Below, one piece after another: positions 48,061 to 59,087 of a DNA stretch of 64,000 bases. The notes beneath the pieces were generated by a model that was given only the letters and a program-made list of their open reading frames with translations, did not search any database and was not told the DNA's origin. The translations under genes were made by a program, and so were the position numbers. Position 1 is the stretch's first letter, and each line of letters opens with the position of its first letter. Where the stretch lies: positions 5,356-69,355 of the forward strand of contig LBWP01000006.1 of assembly GCA_000993685.1 (NCBI GenBank), in the 5' to 3' direction. The DNA is from Candidatus Woesebacteria bacterium GW2011_GWA1_39_21 (GTDB lineage Bacteria > Patescibacteriota > Microgenomatia > UBA8517).

Positions 48061-49326
48061 ATGACAAAAATCGCTAAAATCTGGGCGAGAGAAATTTTAG
48101 ACTCTCGAGGAATTCCAACCGTTGAAGCTTTTTGTCAAACCGAGAATGGCTACATTTCAGTATCATCAGTGCCATCCGGAACTTCAACCGGTTCCTCGGA
48201 GGCTTTAGAACTGCGCGACAACGACCCCAAAAGATTTCATGGAAAGGGTGTTTTAAAAGCTGTTGATAACATCAACAGCAAACTTGGCCCTGCTTTTGTT
48301 GGTGATGTTGTTGAAGATCAGGTCTCAATTGATAAAAAACTAATTTCCCTCGACGGCACAAAAAACAAATCTAAATACGGTGCAAACGCTATTCTTGCAG
48401 TATCAATCGCCTGTATCAAAGCGGCAGCAATGTCATCTTCGACACCGCTTTATAAATATGTCAACCAATTAGCAAAAACACTGGGGATAAACGCCAGTAT
48501 GAAAGTTCCAACGCCACTTTTTAATATGATCAATGGCGGACTTCACGGAGCTGGGAATCTCGATTTCCAGGAATTCCATGTTATTCCCGCAACCTCAAAA
48601 AATTTCCACGATGGCCTTCGAATCGGCGCAGAAATATACACAACAATTGGAGTCAATCTCAAACGCCGTGGCGCAATTCATTCAGTCGGCTTTGAAGGTG
48701 GGTATGCTCCTAATCTCTTTACCAATGCAGACGCTTTAGAGATTCTTGTCGAATCAATTCAAGAAAGTCCCTATCAGTTAGGTATTGACGTATTCTTGGG
48801 ACTTGATGTTGCCGCTTCATATTTTTACAAAAACGGTTCTTATACCATCAGGGACAAATCATCATCACTAAAGGACGTTGAGCTTATGGAATATTATAAA
48901 AATATCAACTCGCTTTATCACCTTGCTTTGATTGAAGATTGTTTTTATGAAGAAGCATGGGACAGTTGGCAAAAGGTTTACAACGAATTCGCCGGACAGG
49001 TTTTGATTGTTGGAGACGATCTTCTATCAACCAGTCCCGAACGCGTGCAAAGAGCAATTAAGGAGAAAGCTTGTGACACGATACTTGTCAAACCCAATCA
49101 AATTGGAACTGTTTGCGAAACAATAAACGTCATTAAGTTGGCAAGGTCGGCAAATTGGAAAATTATCGTCTCCCATAGATCTGGTGAAACAAACGACTGG
49201 TTCATTGCAGATTTTGCCGTCGGCGTAGGTTCAGATTATGTTAAATTCGGTGCTCCAGCAAGAGGCGAGAGGGTTGCAAAATACAACCGTCTTCTTGGAA
49301 TTGAAAGCGAATTGACTTCAGCGTAA
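48061..49326 (+). CDS. eno: Enolase
   Basis: REILDSRG.PTVE, EALELRD, VGDDL, SHRSGET, RVAKYNRL. Confidence 0.96.
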   Translation: MTKIAKIWAREILDSRGIPTVEAFCQTENGYISVSSVPSGTSTGSSEALELRDNDPKRFHGKGVLKAVDNINSKLGPAFVGDVVEDQVSIDKKLISLDGTKNKSKYGANAILAVSIACIKAAAMSSSTPLYKYVNQLAKTLGINASMKVPTPLFNMINGGLHGAGNLDFQEFHVIPATSKNFHDGLRIGAEIYTTIGVNLKRRGAIHSVGFEGGYAPNLFTNADALEILVESIQESPYQLGIDVFLGLDVAASYFYKNGSYTIRDKSSSLKDVELMEYYKNINSLYHLALIEDCFYEEAWDSWQKVYNEFAGQVLIVGDDLLSTSPERVQRAIKEKACDTILVKPNQIGTVCETINVIKLARSANWKIIVSHRSGETNDWFIADFAVGVGSDYVKFGAPARGERVAKYNRLLGIESELTSA

Positions 49327-49329
49327 TCT

Positions 49330-49968
49330 ATGAACCTGAAATTTGTTTTTGATTTTATTTTTCACCTTGATAAATATCTCCTCACTATCATTGATCAATA
49401 CGGTGTACTGACGCATGTTTTTCTATTTCTTATTATCTTTGTGGAAACCGGGTTTGTTATCACGCCCTTTTTACCCGGCGACTCGATTATTTTTGCAGCC
49501 GGAACCTTTTCTGCACTCGGTTACTTCACGCTCCTTCCGCTTTTTCTAAATTTATTCCTTGCAGCTGTAGCCGGCGATACCGTTAATTATTTTATCGGTA
49601 AGAAGATTGGACCAAAGATCTTCGAAAGAGATTCCCGCTTTATCAAAAAGGAACACCTCCTTCGCACGCGCTTATTTTACGAAAAACACGGCGGAAAAAC
49701 GATCATTTTGGCCCGCTTCATCCCGATTATCAGAACGTTTGCTCCTTTTGTCGCCGGGGTTGGTATCATGAACTATAAAAGATTTGTTTTTTTTAACATC
49801 ATCGGCGCTTTTCTTTGGGTGGGTCTGTTTCTTTCTCTTGGATACTTTTTTGGAAATATTCCCTTTATTAAAAATAATTTTGAAGCCACAATACTCGTCA
49901 TCATTTTGATTTCTATCATTCCAATCTCAATTGAAGTAATAAAGTCAAAAACGGGGAAAAAATCTTAG
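49330..49968 (+). CDS. dedA: DedA family membrane protein
   Basis: FVETG...PFLPGDS, ARFIPIIRTFAPFVAG. Confidence 0.93.
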   Translation: MNLKFVFDFIFHLDKYLLTIIDQYGVLTHVFLFLIIFVETGFVITPFLPGDSIIFAAGTFSALGYFTLLPLFLNLFLAAVAGDTVNYFIGKKIGPKIFERDSRFIKKEHLLRTRLFYEKHGGKTIILARFIPIIRTFAPFVAGVGIMNYKRFVFFNIIGAFLWVGLFLSLGYFFGNIPFIKNNFEATILVIILISIIPISIEVIKSKTGKKS

Positions 49969-50588
49969 TTTCTTAGATACTTCCGGATCAAGCCAACAAC
50001 TTTACCTTGTATTCGAACGTTTCTCACAAAAATCGGGCTCATCTTTGAATTGGCCGGCTCCAAACGGATTCTGGTTGTTTCTTTGAAAAAGCGCTTGAGT
50101 GTCGCCATTCCGTTGTCTAAAAGTGCGACAACAATATCACCGTTATTTGCAGTTTCCACTTGTTCAATCACGACATAATCACCATCTCTTATCTGTTCCT
50201 CGATCATTGACTCGCCTTTGACTTGCAGGAGGTAAGTTCGCCTTTGCGTAGAAGCCATGGATGGGGGAATCGACATCGACGCCGACGGATCAGTGTAGGG
50301 TTCGATGGGTGCACCTGCAGCAATATAGCCAAGAATTGGGACTTCAACTCCCTCAGCGGCAGTGGAGGTGTTTTCCTCAACAAGTTTGATCGCTCTTGTT
50401 TTACCGGTTTTGCGCTTGATCAAACCTTTGGCTTCCAAGGTAAGCAAATGTTCGTGGACGGTTGCAAGCGAGGAAACACCCAGCGAGTTGGCAATTTCTT
50501 TCAGTGTCGGAGCAGAACCAGACATTTGAATGTATTGCTTGATGTAATCGAGGATTTGTCTTTGCCGTTTATAAATAATTAGCGCCAT
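49965..50588 (-). CDS. lexA: SOS repressor LexA
   Basis: N-terminal wHTH, IAAG cleavage site, GESM, TLKR; divergent from uvrB. Confidence 0.95.
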   Translation of the reverse strand: MALIIYKRQRQILDYIKQYIQMSGSAPTLKEIANSLGVSSLATVHEHLLTLEAKGLIKRKTGKTRAIKLVEENTSTAAEGVEVPILGYIAAGAPIEPYTDPSASMSIPPSMASTQRRTYLLQVKGESMIEEQIRDGDYVVIEQVETANNGDIVVALLDNGMATLKRFFKETTRIRLEPANSKMSPIFVRNVRIQGKVVGLIRKYLRN

Positions 50589-50768
50589 ACAAATAAAATT
50601 GAATGAAACTTATCTTATATAGGTATACTAATATAACCCGAAGTTGTCAAGGGGAATTTATGCTATAGTCGATAAACTCTAGATTGCGACAGTAAGCGAG
50701 AGTGTTTGAATATATAATCTCTTACGAATAGTTCAAACTCAAGTAAGAGGAGTATATACTAAAAGTTC

Positions 50769-52823
50769 ATGAACAATTTTAAACTACACTCAACATACAA
50801 ACCCATCGACGATCAGAAGCGGGCAATAGCAAAACTCTGTGATGGAATCAAAAGCGGACGCGATTACCAAGTTTTACTTGGCGTTACCGGCTCCGGTAAA
50901 ACTTTTACTGTTGCCAACGTCATTGAAAAGCTTCAGGTGCCGACGTTGATTATTTCACACAACAAAACTCTAGCCGGCCAGCTTTACCAAGAATTCAGAG
51001 ATTTTTTCCCGGGTAACGCCGTTTCGTATTTTGTCTCTTATTATGATTATTATCAGCCGGAAGCTTACATTCCCTCAACTGACACTTATATCGAAAAAGA
51101 TTCCGATATTAACGACCTGATCGATAAGCTACGGCTTTCGACAACAACCAACTTGTTAACCAGGCCTGACACAATCGTTATTGCCTCGGTTTCCTGCATT
51201 TACAATTTGGGCTCCCCAGTTGAATACCGTAAAACTATTTTCGAATTTACAAAAGGAATGAAAGTGGCGCGCCAACAAATCTTAGACCGATTGGTTTCTC
51301 TTCAATACGAAAGAGGCGACTATGGATTCCACCGCGGCACTTTTCGAGTTAGGGGCAATGTCGTTGACGTCTACCCGTCTTACCAAGATGAAGCCGTAAG
51401 AATTAATATCGAAAATGATTACATATCAGAAATTGAAATCATTAACCCAATTGATGGAACAAAGGTTAATAATAACAGCCCTAATCATAATTTCACACTT
51501 TTCCCGGCAAAACACTACGTAACCGACAGGGCAGGAAACGGAAATATTTTAACAACAATCGAAAAAGATATGCGTGCCCGCGTTAAAATACTTGAGTCTT
51601 CTGGAAAAATCCTCGAAGCTCATCGTCTTAAGCAAAAAGTCTCATACGATTTAGGAATGATTAAAGAGTTGGGATATGTTAAGGGGATTGAAAATTACTC
51701 ACGCTACTTTGATGGAAGAAACGAGGGTGACCCTCCCTACAGTTTAATTGACTATTTTAATATTCCTTATGGCAAGAAATGGCTATTGGTCGTCGACGAA
51801 TCACATATGACTTTCCCTCAAATCAGGGGAATGTATCACGGCGACCTGTCTAGAAAAAAAACACTTATAGACTATGGATTTAGACTGCCTTCTGCACTTG
51901 ATAACAGGCCGTTAAAATTTGAAGAATTTGTAAGACGAATTCCTAATTTTATCGCCACAAGCGCCACCCCTGCAGAGTGGGAAATAACGCAAGCAATCCA
52001 AGCTTCAAACAAACACGGCGGCGCATCAAATGGGATTGTCGAACAACTGATTCGCCCAACCGGCATTCCCGACCCACTGGTCGAAATTAAACCCACAACA
52101 AATCAAGTGTCTGATGTTATGCAAGAAATAGTTAAGGAATCAAAAGCAAAACGCAGAACTTTAGTCACAACACTCACCAAAAAAACGGCAGAGGATTTAA
52201 CCGAGTACCTGAAGGAGAAGGGTCTGGCTGTTCACTATTTGCACTCGGATGTTGACACCCTTGAACGAACCGACATCCTCGACGACTTAAGGCTTGGAAA
52301 ATATGACTGCATCATTGGTGTGAATTTGTTGCGGGAAGGGCTGGATCTTCCTGAAGTAGCACTTGTGGCAATACTTGATGCGGACAAGGAAGGCTTTTTA
52401 CGCAGCGATGTTTCACTTGTGCAGACAATGGGGAGGGCGGCCAGACACGTCAAAGGAAGAGTCATTTTATATGCCGATAAGATTACCAAGTCAATCGAAA
52501 AATCCCTCAATGAAGTGTCAAGACGAAGAGCGCTTCAGGTAACTTATAATAAAAAACACCATATTACGCCAAGGTCAATTAAAAAACCTATCAGAGAAAA
52601 AATCATCACCAAAACTGACGATTCACAAATTGAGAAGTTTCTTGAAATAAGTGCTTCGAAACTTCGTGATTTAGATGAGGCAAGTTTTGATTCGTTAACA
52701 CCGCTTGATAAAAAGAAGCTTGTTAACAAACTTAAAAAAGAGATGAAAATTGCTGCAGAGGATCTTAATTTTGAATTTGCAGCACAAATCAGAGATAAGA
52801 TTAAATTTTTAGAGATAAGTTAA
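50769..52823 (+). CDS. uvrB: Excinuclease ABC subunit B
   Basis: GVTGSGKT, YYDYYQPEAY, DESH, NLLREGLD. Confidence 0.97.
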   Translation: MNNFKLHSTYKPIDDQKRAIAKLCDGIKSGRDYQVLLGVTGSGKTFTVANVIEKLQVPTLIISHNKTLAGQLYQEFRDFFPGNAVSYFVSYYDYYQPEAYIPSTDTYIEKDSDINDLIDKLRLSTTTNLLTRPDTIVIASVSCIYNLGSPVEYRKTIFEFTKGMKVARQQILDRLVSLQYERGDYGFHRGTFRVRGNVVDVYPSYQDEAVRINIENDYISEIEIINPIDGTKVNNNSPNHNFTLFPAKHYVTDRAGNGNILTTIEKDMRARVKILESSGKILEAHRLKQKVSYDLGMIKELGYVKGIENYSRYFDGRNEGDPPYSLIDYFNIPYGKKWLLVVDESHMTFPQIRGMYHGDLSRKKTLIDYGFRLPSALDNRPLKFEEFVRRIPNFIATSATPAEWEITQAIQASNKHGGASNGIVEQLIRPTGIPDPLVEIKPTTNQVSDVMQEIVKESKAKRRTLVTTLTKKTAEDLTEYLKEKGLAVHYLHSDVDTLERTDILDDLRLGKYDCIIGVNLLREGLDLPEVALVAILDADKEGFLRSDVSLVQTMGRAARHVKGRVILYADKITKSIEKSLNEVSRRRALQVTYNKKHHITPRSIKKPIREKIITKTDDSQIEKFLEISASKLRDLDEASFDSLTPLDKKKLVNKLKKEMKIAAEDLNFEFAAQIRDKIKFLEIS

Positions 52824-52960
52824 CGCAAGTTGCTTTTGGGAAACTTTTGTGCTTACGCTACTGACGTTCAGCCTTGTATGCTAAAATACCTCAGCTACCG
52901 GTTTTTCGGCAGGTGTTTTGCGTGGAAGATAATTATAAATTTCCTGTTAATCAAATTGAT

Positions 52961-55885
52961 ATGGATACACAATTTATAAAAGTTAGAGGTGCACAACAGC
53001 ACAATTTAAAGAATGTTGACATGGACATTCCCAAAAACAAACTCGTGGTCTTTACCGGCGTTTCAGGTAGTGGAAAAAGTTCAATGGCCTTCGATACAAT
53101 TTACGCCGAGGGTCAAAGACGGTACGTCGAAAGCCTTTCAACTTACGCCAGACAATTTCTGGGGGTTTTGGAAAAGCCCGACGTTGAATTAATTGAAGGC
53201 CTTTCTCCAGCAATTTCAATTGACCAGAAAACGACATCGAGGAACCCGCGCTCGACGGTAGGAACCGTGACGGAAATCTACGATTATTTGCGGCTTTTGT
53301 ACGCTAGGGTCGGTCATCCACATTGTCCGATCTGCAAAACCGAAATCAAAAAACAATCGCTTGATGAGATTGTCGAGTCAGCACTGAATTTACTCTCAAA
53401 GCTTGTTGCAAATAAAAAGATCCTCAAGTTTCTTATTCTCTCGCCGGTGGTTCTCGACAAAAAAGGTGAGTTTTCCAATCTTTTCGACAACTTACGCTCG
53501 AAAGGCTATCGGCAAGTGCGGGTAGACGGCGTTGTCAAAGACACGGATGAGGATTTTTTTCTTATCAAAACAAATAAACATACGATTTCTGCTGTCATCG
53601 ACCGTGTCTCGGTCGAAAAAAAATCGCTCGGCGACAGAGTATATTTAACGAACTTAAAATCGCGCCTTTCCGACTCAATTGATCAAGCATTAAAACTTTC
53701 CGATGGGTTGGTAATTCTCTCGGAAGTTTTAGACCAATCGTTTGAAATCCCCCGATTTCCAAAAAACTTCAGCGATCATATTTTTTCTGAACGTTTTTCG
53801 TGTCCAAAAGATAACATTCAGATACCAGAAATTGAACCGCGGTCATTTTCTTTTAACGCACCGCAGGGGGCTTGTAAGCGCTGTTTTGGTATCGGAATTA
53901 TTTCGAAAATCGATCCTGATAAAATTTTCTCCTATGACTTGAGTATTATCGAAGGGGGAATCCTACCTTTTTCCAATATGTTTGAGAGCGATACTTGGTA
54001 TTCACGTTTATTTTTGCAAATGTGTTCCGAGAACAAGATCGACTATCGCGCGGATTTAAAAATTCTGGATAAAGGTCAGATCGGGATTATCTTAAACGGA
54101 AGCGGTAATCGCGAATATCGAGTCTCCGGGACTAACAGATTTGGAAAGGACACCTTCATTTACGAAAAATTTGACGGTGTTATCCCCGAGTTGGAAAAAA
54201 GACACCGCGAAACTGAGTCGGACTGGGTACGGTCGGAAATTGAAAAGTACATGGTCAATATCACTTGCCCCGACTGCGGCGGCGCACGGTTAAACAAGGA
54301 ATCGCTTTCTGTTTCCGTTGACGGTCTTTCAATATCGCAGTTTACAGATTTGACAATTGAAAAATCGTATCTTATTGCAAAAGAGCTTTCAAAAGCACAT
54401 TCGTCATTAACGCAAAAGGAAAAGGAAATTTCCAAATTAATTTTAAATGAAATTGAAAAAAGAATGGAGTTTCTGATTTCGGTGGGGTTAAACTATCTCA
54501 CACTATCACGCCCGGCGGGTACATTGTCCGGCGGTGAAGCGCAAAGAATTCGACTTGCAAGTCAAATCGGGTCAGGCTTAACAGGGGTTTTATATGTTTT
54601 GGACGAGCCGACAATTGGCTTGCACCAGAAAGATAATCAGATGCTCATCGATACCCTAAAAAAATTGCGTGACTTGGGGAACTCCGTAATTGTCGTCGAA
54701 CACGACGCAAAGATGATGAAGAACTCAGATTATATTTTTGACTTTGGTCCGGGAGCCGGTAAGCTCGGTGGAGAAATCATTGCAAGGGGAAACTTCGATG
54801 AAATCTGCAAAGATAAAGGGTCAATTACGGGAAGGTATCTCTCCGGCGAGAAAAAAATTCAAACAACTGCCGCCTATACTCCTGAGCTATTAAACACCAG
54901 AAGAAACATTACCCTCTACGGTTGCCATTTATATAATTTGAAAAATATTGACGTTACCTTCCCGCTAAACAAATTTGTCGTAATCACAGGCGTATCCGGA
55001 AGCGGCAAATCAACACTTTTGGTCGAAAGTCTTTATCCGGCGCTTTTAAACCACATCCGTAGCGAAAATAGAAACATGCAAAATATTTATAAAGGCTGCG
55101 ATGGTTGGGAAAATATCGATAGGGTGATTTTGATTGACCAAAGCCCAATCGGAAAGACACCAAGAAGCAACCCGGCAACATATACCAAAGTTTTTGATGA
55201 AATCAGGGATGTCTTTGCTTCAACGCGCGACGCAAAAGTAAACGGTTATAAGAAAGGCAGATTTTCCTTTAATGTCAAAGACGGAAGGTGCGAGGCGTGC
55301 GAAGGGCAGGGCCAGATCAAAATCGAAATGCAGTTTATGAGTGATATTTGGGTGAAATGCGAAGTTTGTCAGGGGAAGCGTTATAATGCACAGACATTAG
55401 ATGTTAACTTCCGTGGAAAAAACATTTACGAGATTCTTTGCATGAGTGTGGATGAAGCAGTAGACTTTTTCCACAACAACGCTAAAATTCTAAAAAAACT
55501 CGAGACGCTCTCTTCAGTTGGATTGGGCTATATCGAGTTGGGCCAAAGCGCTGTTACCCTGTCTGGCGGAGAATCACAACGCGTAAAACTGGCATTTGAA
55601 CTTGGCAAAAAAGACACCGGAAAAACCACCTATATTTTAGACGAGCCAACAACGGGACTTCATTTTTCCGACGTTGAGAAGTTATTGGCGGTTCTTAGGT
55701 TACTTGTAATGCGCGGAAACAGCGTTTTTGTTATTGAACACAATCTTGACGTTATAAAATTCGCAGACTGGATCATTGATTTAGGCCCAGACGGCGGGGA
55801 ACGCGGTGGCGAGATTGTTGCTCAAGGTACTCCCGAAATGTTAAAAAACAACAAAAAATCCTACACTGGTCAATATCTTAAGTAA
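52961..55885 (+). CDS. uvrA: Excinuclease ABC subunit A
   Basis: Two GVSGSGKS Walker A motifs, LSGGE signatures, Zn fingers; likely start ATG 52961. Confidence 0.97.
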   Translation: MDTQFIKVRGAQQHNLKNVDMDIPKNKLVVFTGVSGSGKSSMAFDTIYAEGQRRYVESLSTYARQFLGVLEKPDVELIEGLSPAISIDQKTTSRNPRSTVGTVTEIYDYLRLLYARVGHPHCPICKTEIKKQSLDEIVESALNLLSKLVANKKILKFLILSPVVLDKKGEFSNLFDNLRSKGYRQVRVDGVVKDTDEDFFLIKTNKHTISAVIDRVSVEKKSLGDRVYLTNLKSRLSDSIDQALKLSDGLVILSEVLDQSFEIPRFPKNFSDHIFSERFSCPKDNIQIPEIEPRSFSFNAPQGACKRCFGIGIISKIDPDKIFSYDLSIIEGGILPFSNMFESDTWYSRLFLQMCSENKIDYRADLKILDKGQIGIILNGSGNREYRVSGTNRFGKDTFIYEKFDGVIPELEKRHRETESDWVRSEIEKYMVNITCPDCGGARLNKESLSVSVDGLSISQFTDLTIEKSYLIAKELSKAHSSLTQKEKEISKLILNEIEKRMEFLISVGLNYLTLSRPAGTLSGGEAQRIRLASQIGSGLTGVLYVLDEPTIGLHQKDNQMLIDTLKKLRDLGNSVIVVEHDAKMMKNSDYIFDFGPGAGKLGGEIIARGNFDEICKDKGSITGRYLSGEKKIQTTAAYTPELLNTRRNITLYGCHLYNLKNIDVTFPLNKFVVITGVSGSGKSTLLVESLYPALLNHIRSENRNMQNIYKGCDGWENIDRVILIDQSPIGKTPRSNPATYTKVFDEIRDVFASTRDAKVNGYKKGRFSFNVKDGRCEACEGQGQIKIEMQFMSDIWVKCEVCQGKRYNAQTLDVNFRGKNIYEILCMSVDEAVDFFHNNAKILKKLETLSSVGLGYIELGQSAVTLSGGESQRVKLAFELGKKDTGKTTYILDEPTTGLHFSDVEKLLAVLRLLVMRGNSVFVIEHNLDVIKFADWIIDLGPDGGERGGEIVAQGTPEMLKNNKKSYTGQYLK

Positions 55886-55953
55886 GCCTTTCGTCAACCC
55901 ATCTGATATTATCAAAGTAGAAGCGTCAAATATAAAATTTATTACAACAATTT

Positions 55954-57756
55954 ATGAAGGTCTTGAGATATCTACTTTTCCAGATAATTTTCATTTTCCT
56001 TTTTTTCAGCTTTACCTCCGCTGACGCAAATTTTGACGTCAAACTTGATAACAACTATCTTTTCGATAGAGCTGGAATTGTTTCCGTCACCGAGAAAATT
56101 AGTGTTAAAAACAAAACAACGGAAAAATACCTGCCATCTTTTGAATACAAAATCCAAAACGTCGATATAAAAAATCTTGACGTATCAGAAAACGGCAGAG
56201 CTATTCCACACAATATCTCAAAAAGAGAAAACGAAACGACCATTAAAATCAACTTTGGCGATAAAGTTTTGGGTAACGGTAAACGTAGAGATTTCCAAAT
56301 TAACTATACGATCGACAACATCGCCGAAAAAACCGGAGACGTCTGGGAAATTTCTATTCCAAAAATTGAAGATGTCGCAAGTTACAGCGAGATACTAACA
56401 AAAATTAGCGTTCCAGAAGATTTTGGGGCTGAGGCATATTTTTCACCTTCCTATATCAGAAAATCGCATGAGGGTGACAGTGTTGTTTATGAATTTGACA
56501 AAAACGCCGTTTCCGAATCAAGAATTGTTGCCGCATTTGGGCAATACCAGGTTTTCGATTACTCAATCAATTACAATTTGAAAAATACTTCGGCAGCCAG
56601 TAAGCGCGAGGTAGTAGCGCTTCCTCCCGACACGTCATACCAACGCATTTTTTATAAAAATCTTGAGCCGAAACCTAAAAACATAAGCGTCGATGAGGAT
56701 GGAAATTGGATTGCACAATACGAAATCCCTGCAAATTCGGAAGTAAAAGTTAACGTCGGCGGATTTGTACAGATATTTTCTTACCCGCGAAAATATTTAT
56801 CTCCTGGCGTTATGAATTTATACAGCAATATCAAAGAAACAAATTATTGGCAAGTTTCCGATAATAGAATCCAAGAGCTTTCCAAAAGCCTACAAACACC
56901 TGAGAAAGTATATAATTTTGTTGTTGGAAATCTCAAATACGATTTCAGCTTGACAGCCAAAGATCGTCTTGGTGCAGTCGAGGCGGTTACAACAACAGAT
57001 GCCGTAACCTGCAGAGAATTTACCGATCTGACGATTGCGCTTCTGCGCGCATCAGGAATTCCCTCCCGCGAAGTGATCGGCTACTCGCAAAGTGATAATC
57101 CGTCGGTAAAATCAATCAGCTTTTTCAACGACGTACTTCACTCTTGGGTCGAGTATTGGGATAATGATAAAAAATTGTGGATATCAATCGATCCAACTTG
57201 GGGAGCAACCTCAAAGTCTGATTATTTCAATAAATTTGATCTCCGACATTTTGCTTTCGCAATCCATGGGCAAAGTGACAGCCTACCATATCCCCCAGGG
57301 TCTTTTACCGACAATCGCAATAGCAAAGACATTTCGGTCAATGTCGGCAACATTGAAAACATTATAGAAAAACCGATCAAGGTCGAATACAAAACAGAAA
57401 TATTCTTTGTCCTAACAAGGCAAATGAATATCACATTAAAAAATGAAAACCCATTTGCCCTTTATGATAAAAGAATCGATTACATTTCTGATAACAAAAT
57501 ATATGCACAAGACAATGTGCAAATCATTCCGCCTTTTTCAACAATCAACAGATCGGTTTACTCCAAATTTTCACTTCTCGGACGAGACACTCCCGACAAA
57601 TATGCTGTAGTCATCAATGGAGCAAGAAAAGAAATCGAGGGTACAAAACTGACAGACATGTATTCACAGTTAATCATTGTCTTTTTAATCATCGCTTCGG
57701 TAATTGTGTTTCTATTAATTAGGGTTAGAATTCCCAAATCAAAAAAATATGATTAA
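55954..57756 (+). CDS. Exported transglutaminase-like domain protein
   Basis: Signal-like N-terminus, C.EFTD..IA.LRA.GIP.R, HSWVE, IDPTW, C-terminal TM. Confidence 0.85.
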   Translation: MKVLRYLLFQIIFIFLFFSFTSADANFDVKLDNNYLFDRAGIVSVTEKISVKNKTTEKYLPSFEYKIQNVDIKNLDVSENGRAIPHNISKRENETTIKINFGDKVLGNGKRRDFQINYTIDNIAEKTGDVWEISIPKIEDVASYSEILTKISVPEDFGAEAYFSPSYIRKSHEGDSVVYEFDKNAVSESRIVAAFGQYQVFDYSINYNLKNTSAASKREVVALPPDTSYQRIFYKNLEPKPKNISVDEDGNWIAQYEIPANSEVKVNVGGFVQIFSYPRKYLSPGVMNLYSNIKETNYWQVSDNRIQELSKSLQTPEKVYNFVVGNLKYDFSLTAKDRLGAVEAVTTTDAVTCREFTDLTIALLRASGIPSREVIGYSQSDNPSVKSISFFNDVLHSWVEYWDNDKKLWISIDPTWGATSKSDYFNKFDLRHFAFAIHGQSDSLPYPPGSFTDNRNSKDISVNVGNIENIIEKPIKVEYKTEIFFVLTRQMNITLKNENPFALYDKRIDYISDNKIYAQDNVQIIPPFSTINRSVYSKFSLLGRDTPDKYAVVINGARKEIEGTKLTDMYSQLIIVFLIIASVIVFLLIRVRIPKSKKYD

Positions 57757-59083
57757 ACTTCTGGATAAAATCGACAACTATTACAAATTTAGAAAAGCCA
57801 ATCTCAAGCATCTTCCCCTGCTTCCGGGAATTTACCTGTTTCTCAACTTTGAGAAGAAAATAATTTATATCGGAAAGGCAAAATCATTAAGAGAACGCGT
57901 CAAATCGTACTTTAACAAAAACCTCTACGGAAAAACTGACCGGCTCGTGAAATCTGTTGACTGCTTTTCCTTCATCAAAGTCGAAAGTGAAGTCGAGTCA
58001 ATTCTACTGGAGGCCAAACTAATTTCTAAATACAAACCCGTTTATAATATATCCCTCAAAGACGATAAAAGTCCAATTTATGTGTACCTAACAAACGCAG
58101 ATCTACCCTATCTAACACTTTCGAGAAAAAAACAAATTGATGCAAAAGCAAAATCCGTTTGGGGACCATTCACTAATTCTGGGAATTTAAAGTGGCTGTT
58201 AAAATCTATCAGAAGAATTGTTCCCTACGCAAACCATAAACCGTCAAATAAAAACTGCCTCTATTCGCAGATGGGATTATGTAATCCCTGTCCTTCGCAA
58301 ATAGTTTTGGAAGAAAATGCCGATAAACATACACAGCTGATCAGGCAATATAAAAAGAACCTCTCAAACATTAGGTTATTTTTTGCAGGGCACTTTAAGA
58401 AGCTGGAGGGGATTTTACTTCAGCAAATGAAGACGTCATCGCAAAATCAGGATTATGAAAAGGCACAAATATTTAAGAATCGAGTCACGATCCTTAAGGA
58501 AATAACCTCGCCGCGAATCATTCCTGAAACATACATACAGGACCCATATTATTCAGATAAAGTTACCAAAAGCCGATTAAACAGCTTAAAAACTTTTTTA
58601 AACAGATTCATGCCAGTAACTTCTGTTGAAAAAATTGAATGTTACGACATCGCACACCTGCAAGGTACTAACGCTGCCGGATCGATGGTCGTGTTTCACC
58701 AGGGAAAACCAGACAGATCTAAGTACCGACATTTCCGTCTCCGCGTGTCCAAAAATTCAGATGTTGATTCTCTAAACGAAATAATTAAAAGACGCACCAA
58801 CCATTTCTACGATTGGGGAATACCTGATTTAATCATCGTCGATGGTGGCAAAGGACAAGTAAACGTCTTCAAAAAAGCGGTCGGTCAATACAACATTCCC
58901 GTTGTCGGGATCGCAAAACGCTTTGAACGTTTGCTTATCCCCACCTCCAGCGGTTTCATACAAACCAAACCCGACGAGGGAGCACTTTTCATCGTCGAAT
59001 ATCTCCGTGACGAAGCCCATCGTTTTGCACAACGTTATCACCACATGCTAGTTTCTAAAAATCTTTTAAATATTGTAGAATGA
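57749..59083 (+). CDS. uvrC: Excinuclease ABC subunit C (lacking C-terminal HhH)
   Basis: GIY-YIG (PGIY..IYIGKA), IECYDI, PDLIIVDGGKGQ, RDEAHRFA. Confidence 0.92.
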   Translation: MIKLLDKIDNYYKFRKANLKHLPLLPGIYLFLNFEKKIIYIGKAKSLRERVKSYFNKNLYGKTDRLVKSVDCFSFIKVESEVESILLEAKLISKYKPVYNISLKDDKSPIYVYLTNADLPYLTLSRKKQIDAKAKSVWGPFTNSGNLKWLLKSIRRIVPYANHKPSNKNCLYSQMGLCNPCPSQIVLEENADKHTQLIRQYKKNLSNIRLFFAGHFKKLEGILLQQMKTSSQNQDYEKAQIFKNRVTILKEITSPRIIPETYIQDPYYSDKVTKSRLNSLKTFLNRFMPVTSVEKIECYDIAHLQGTNAAGSMVVFHQGKPDRSKYRHFRLRVSKNSDVDSLNEIIKRRTNHFYDWGIPDLIIVDGGKGQVNVFKKAVGQYNIPVVGIAKRFERLLIPTSSGFIQTKPDEGALFIVEYLRDEAHRFAQRYHHMLVSKNLLNIVE

Positions 59084-59087
59084 GCTT

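Noticed and set aside
48680..48960. Enolase substitutions (VGFEGG, ASYFY) as a sign of inactivation
   Set aside because: The catalytic Glu, Lys and His and the metal-binding acidic residues appear retained
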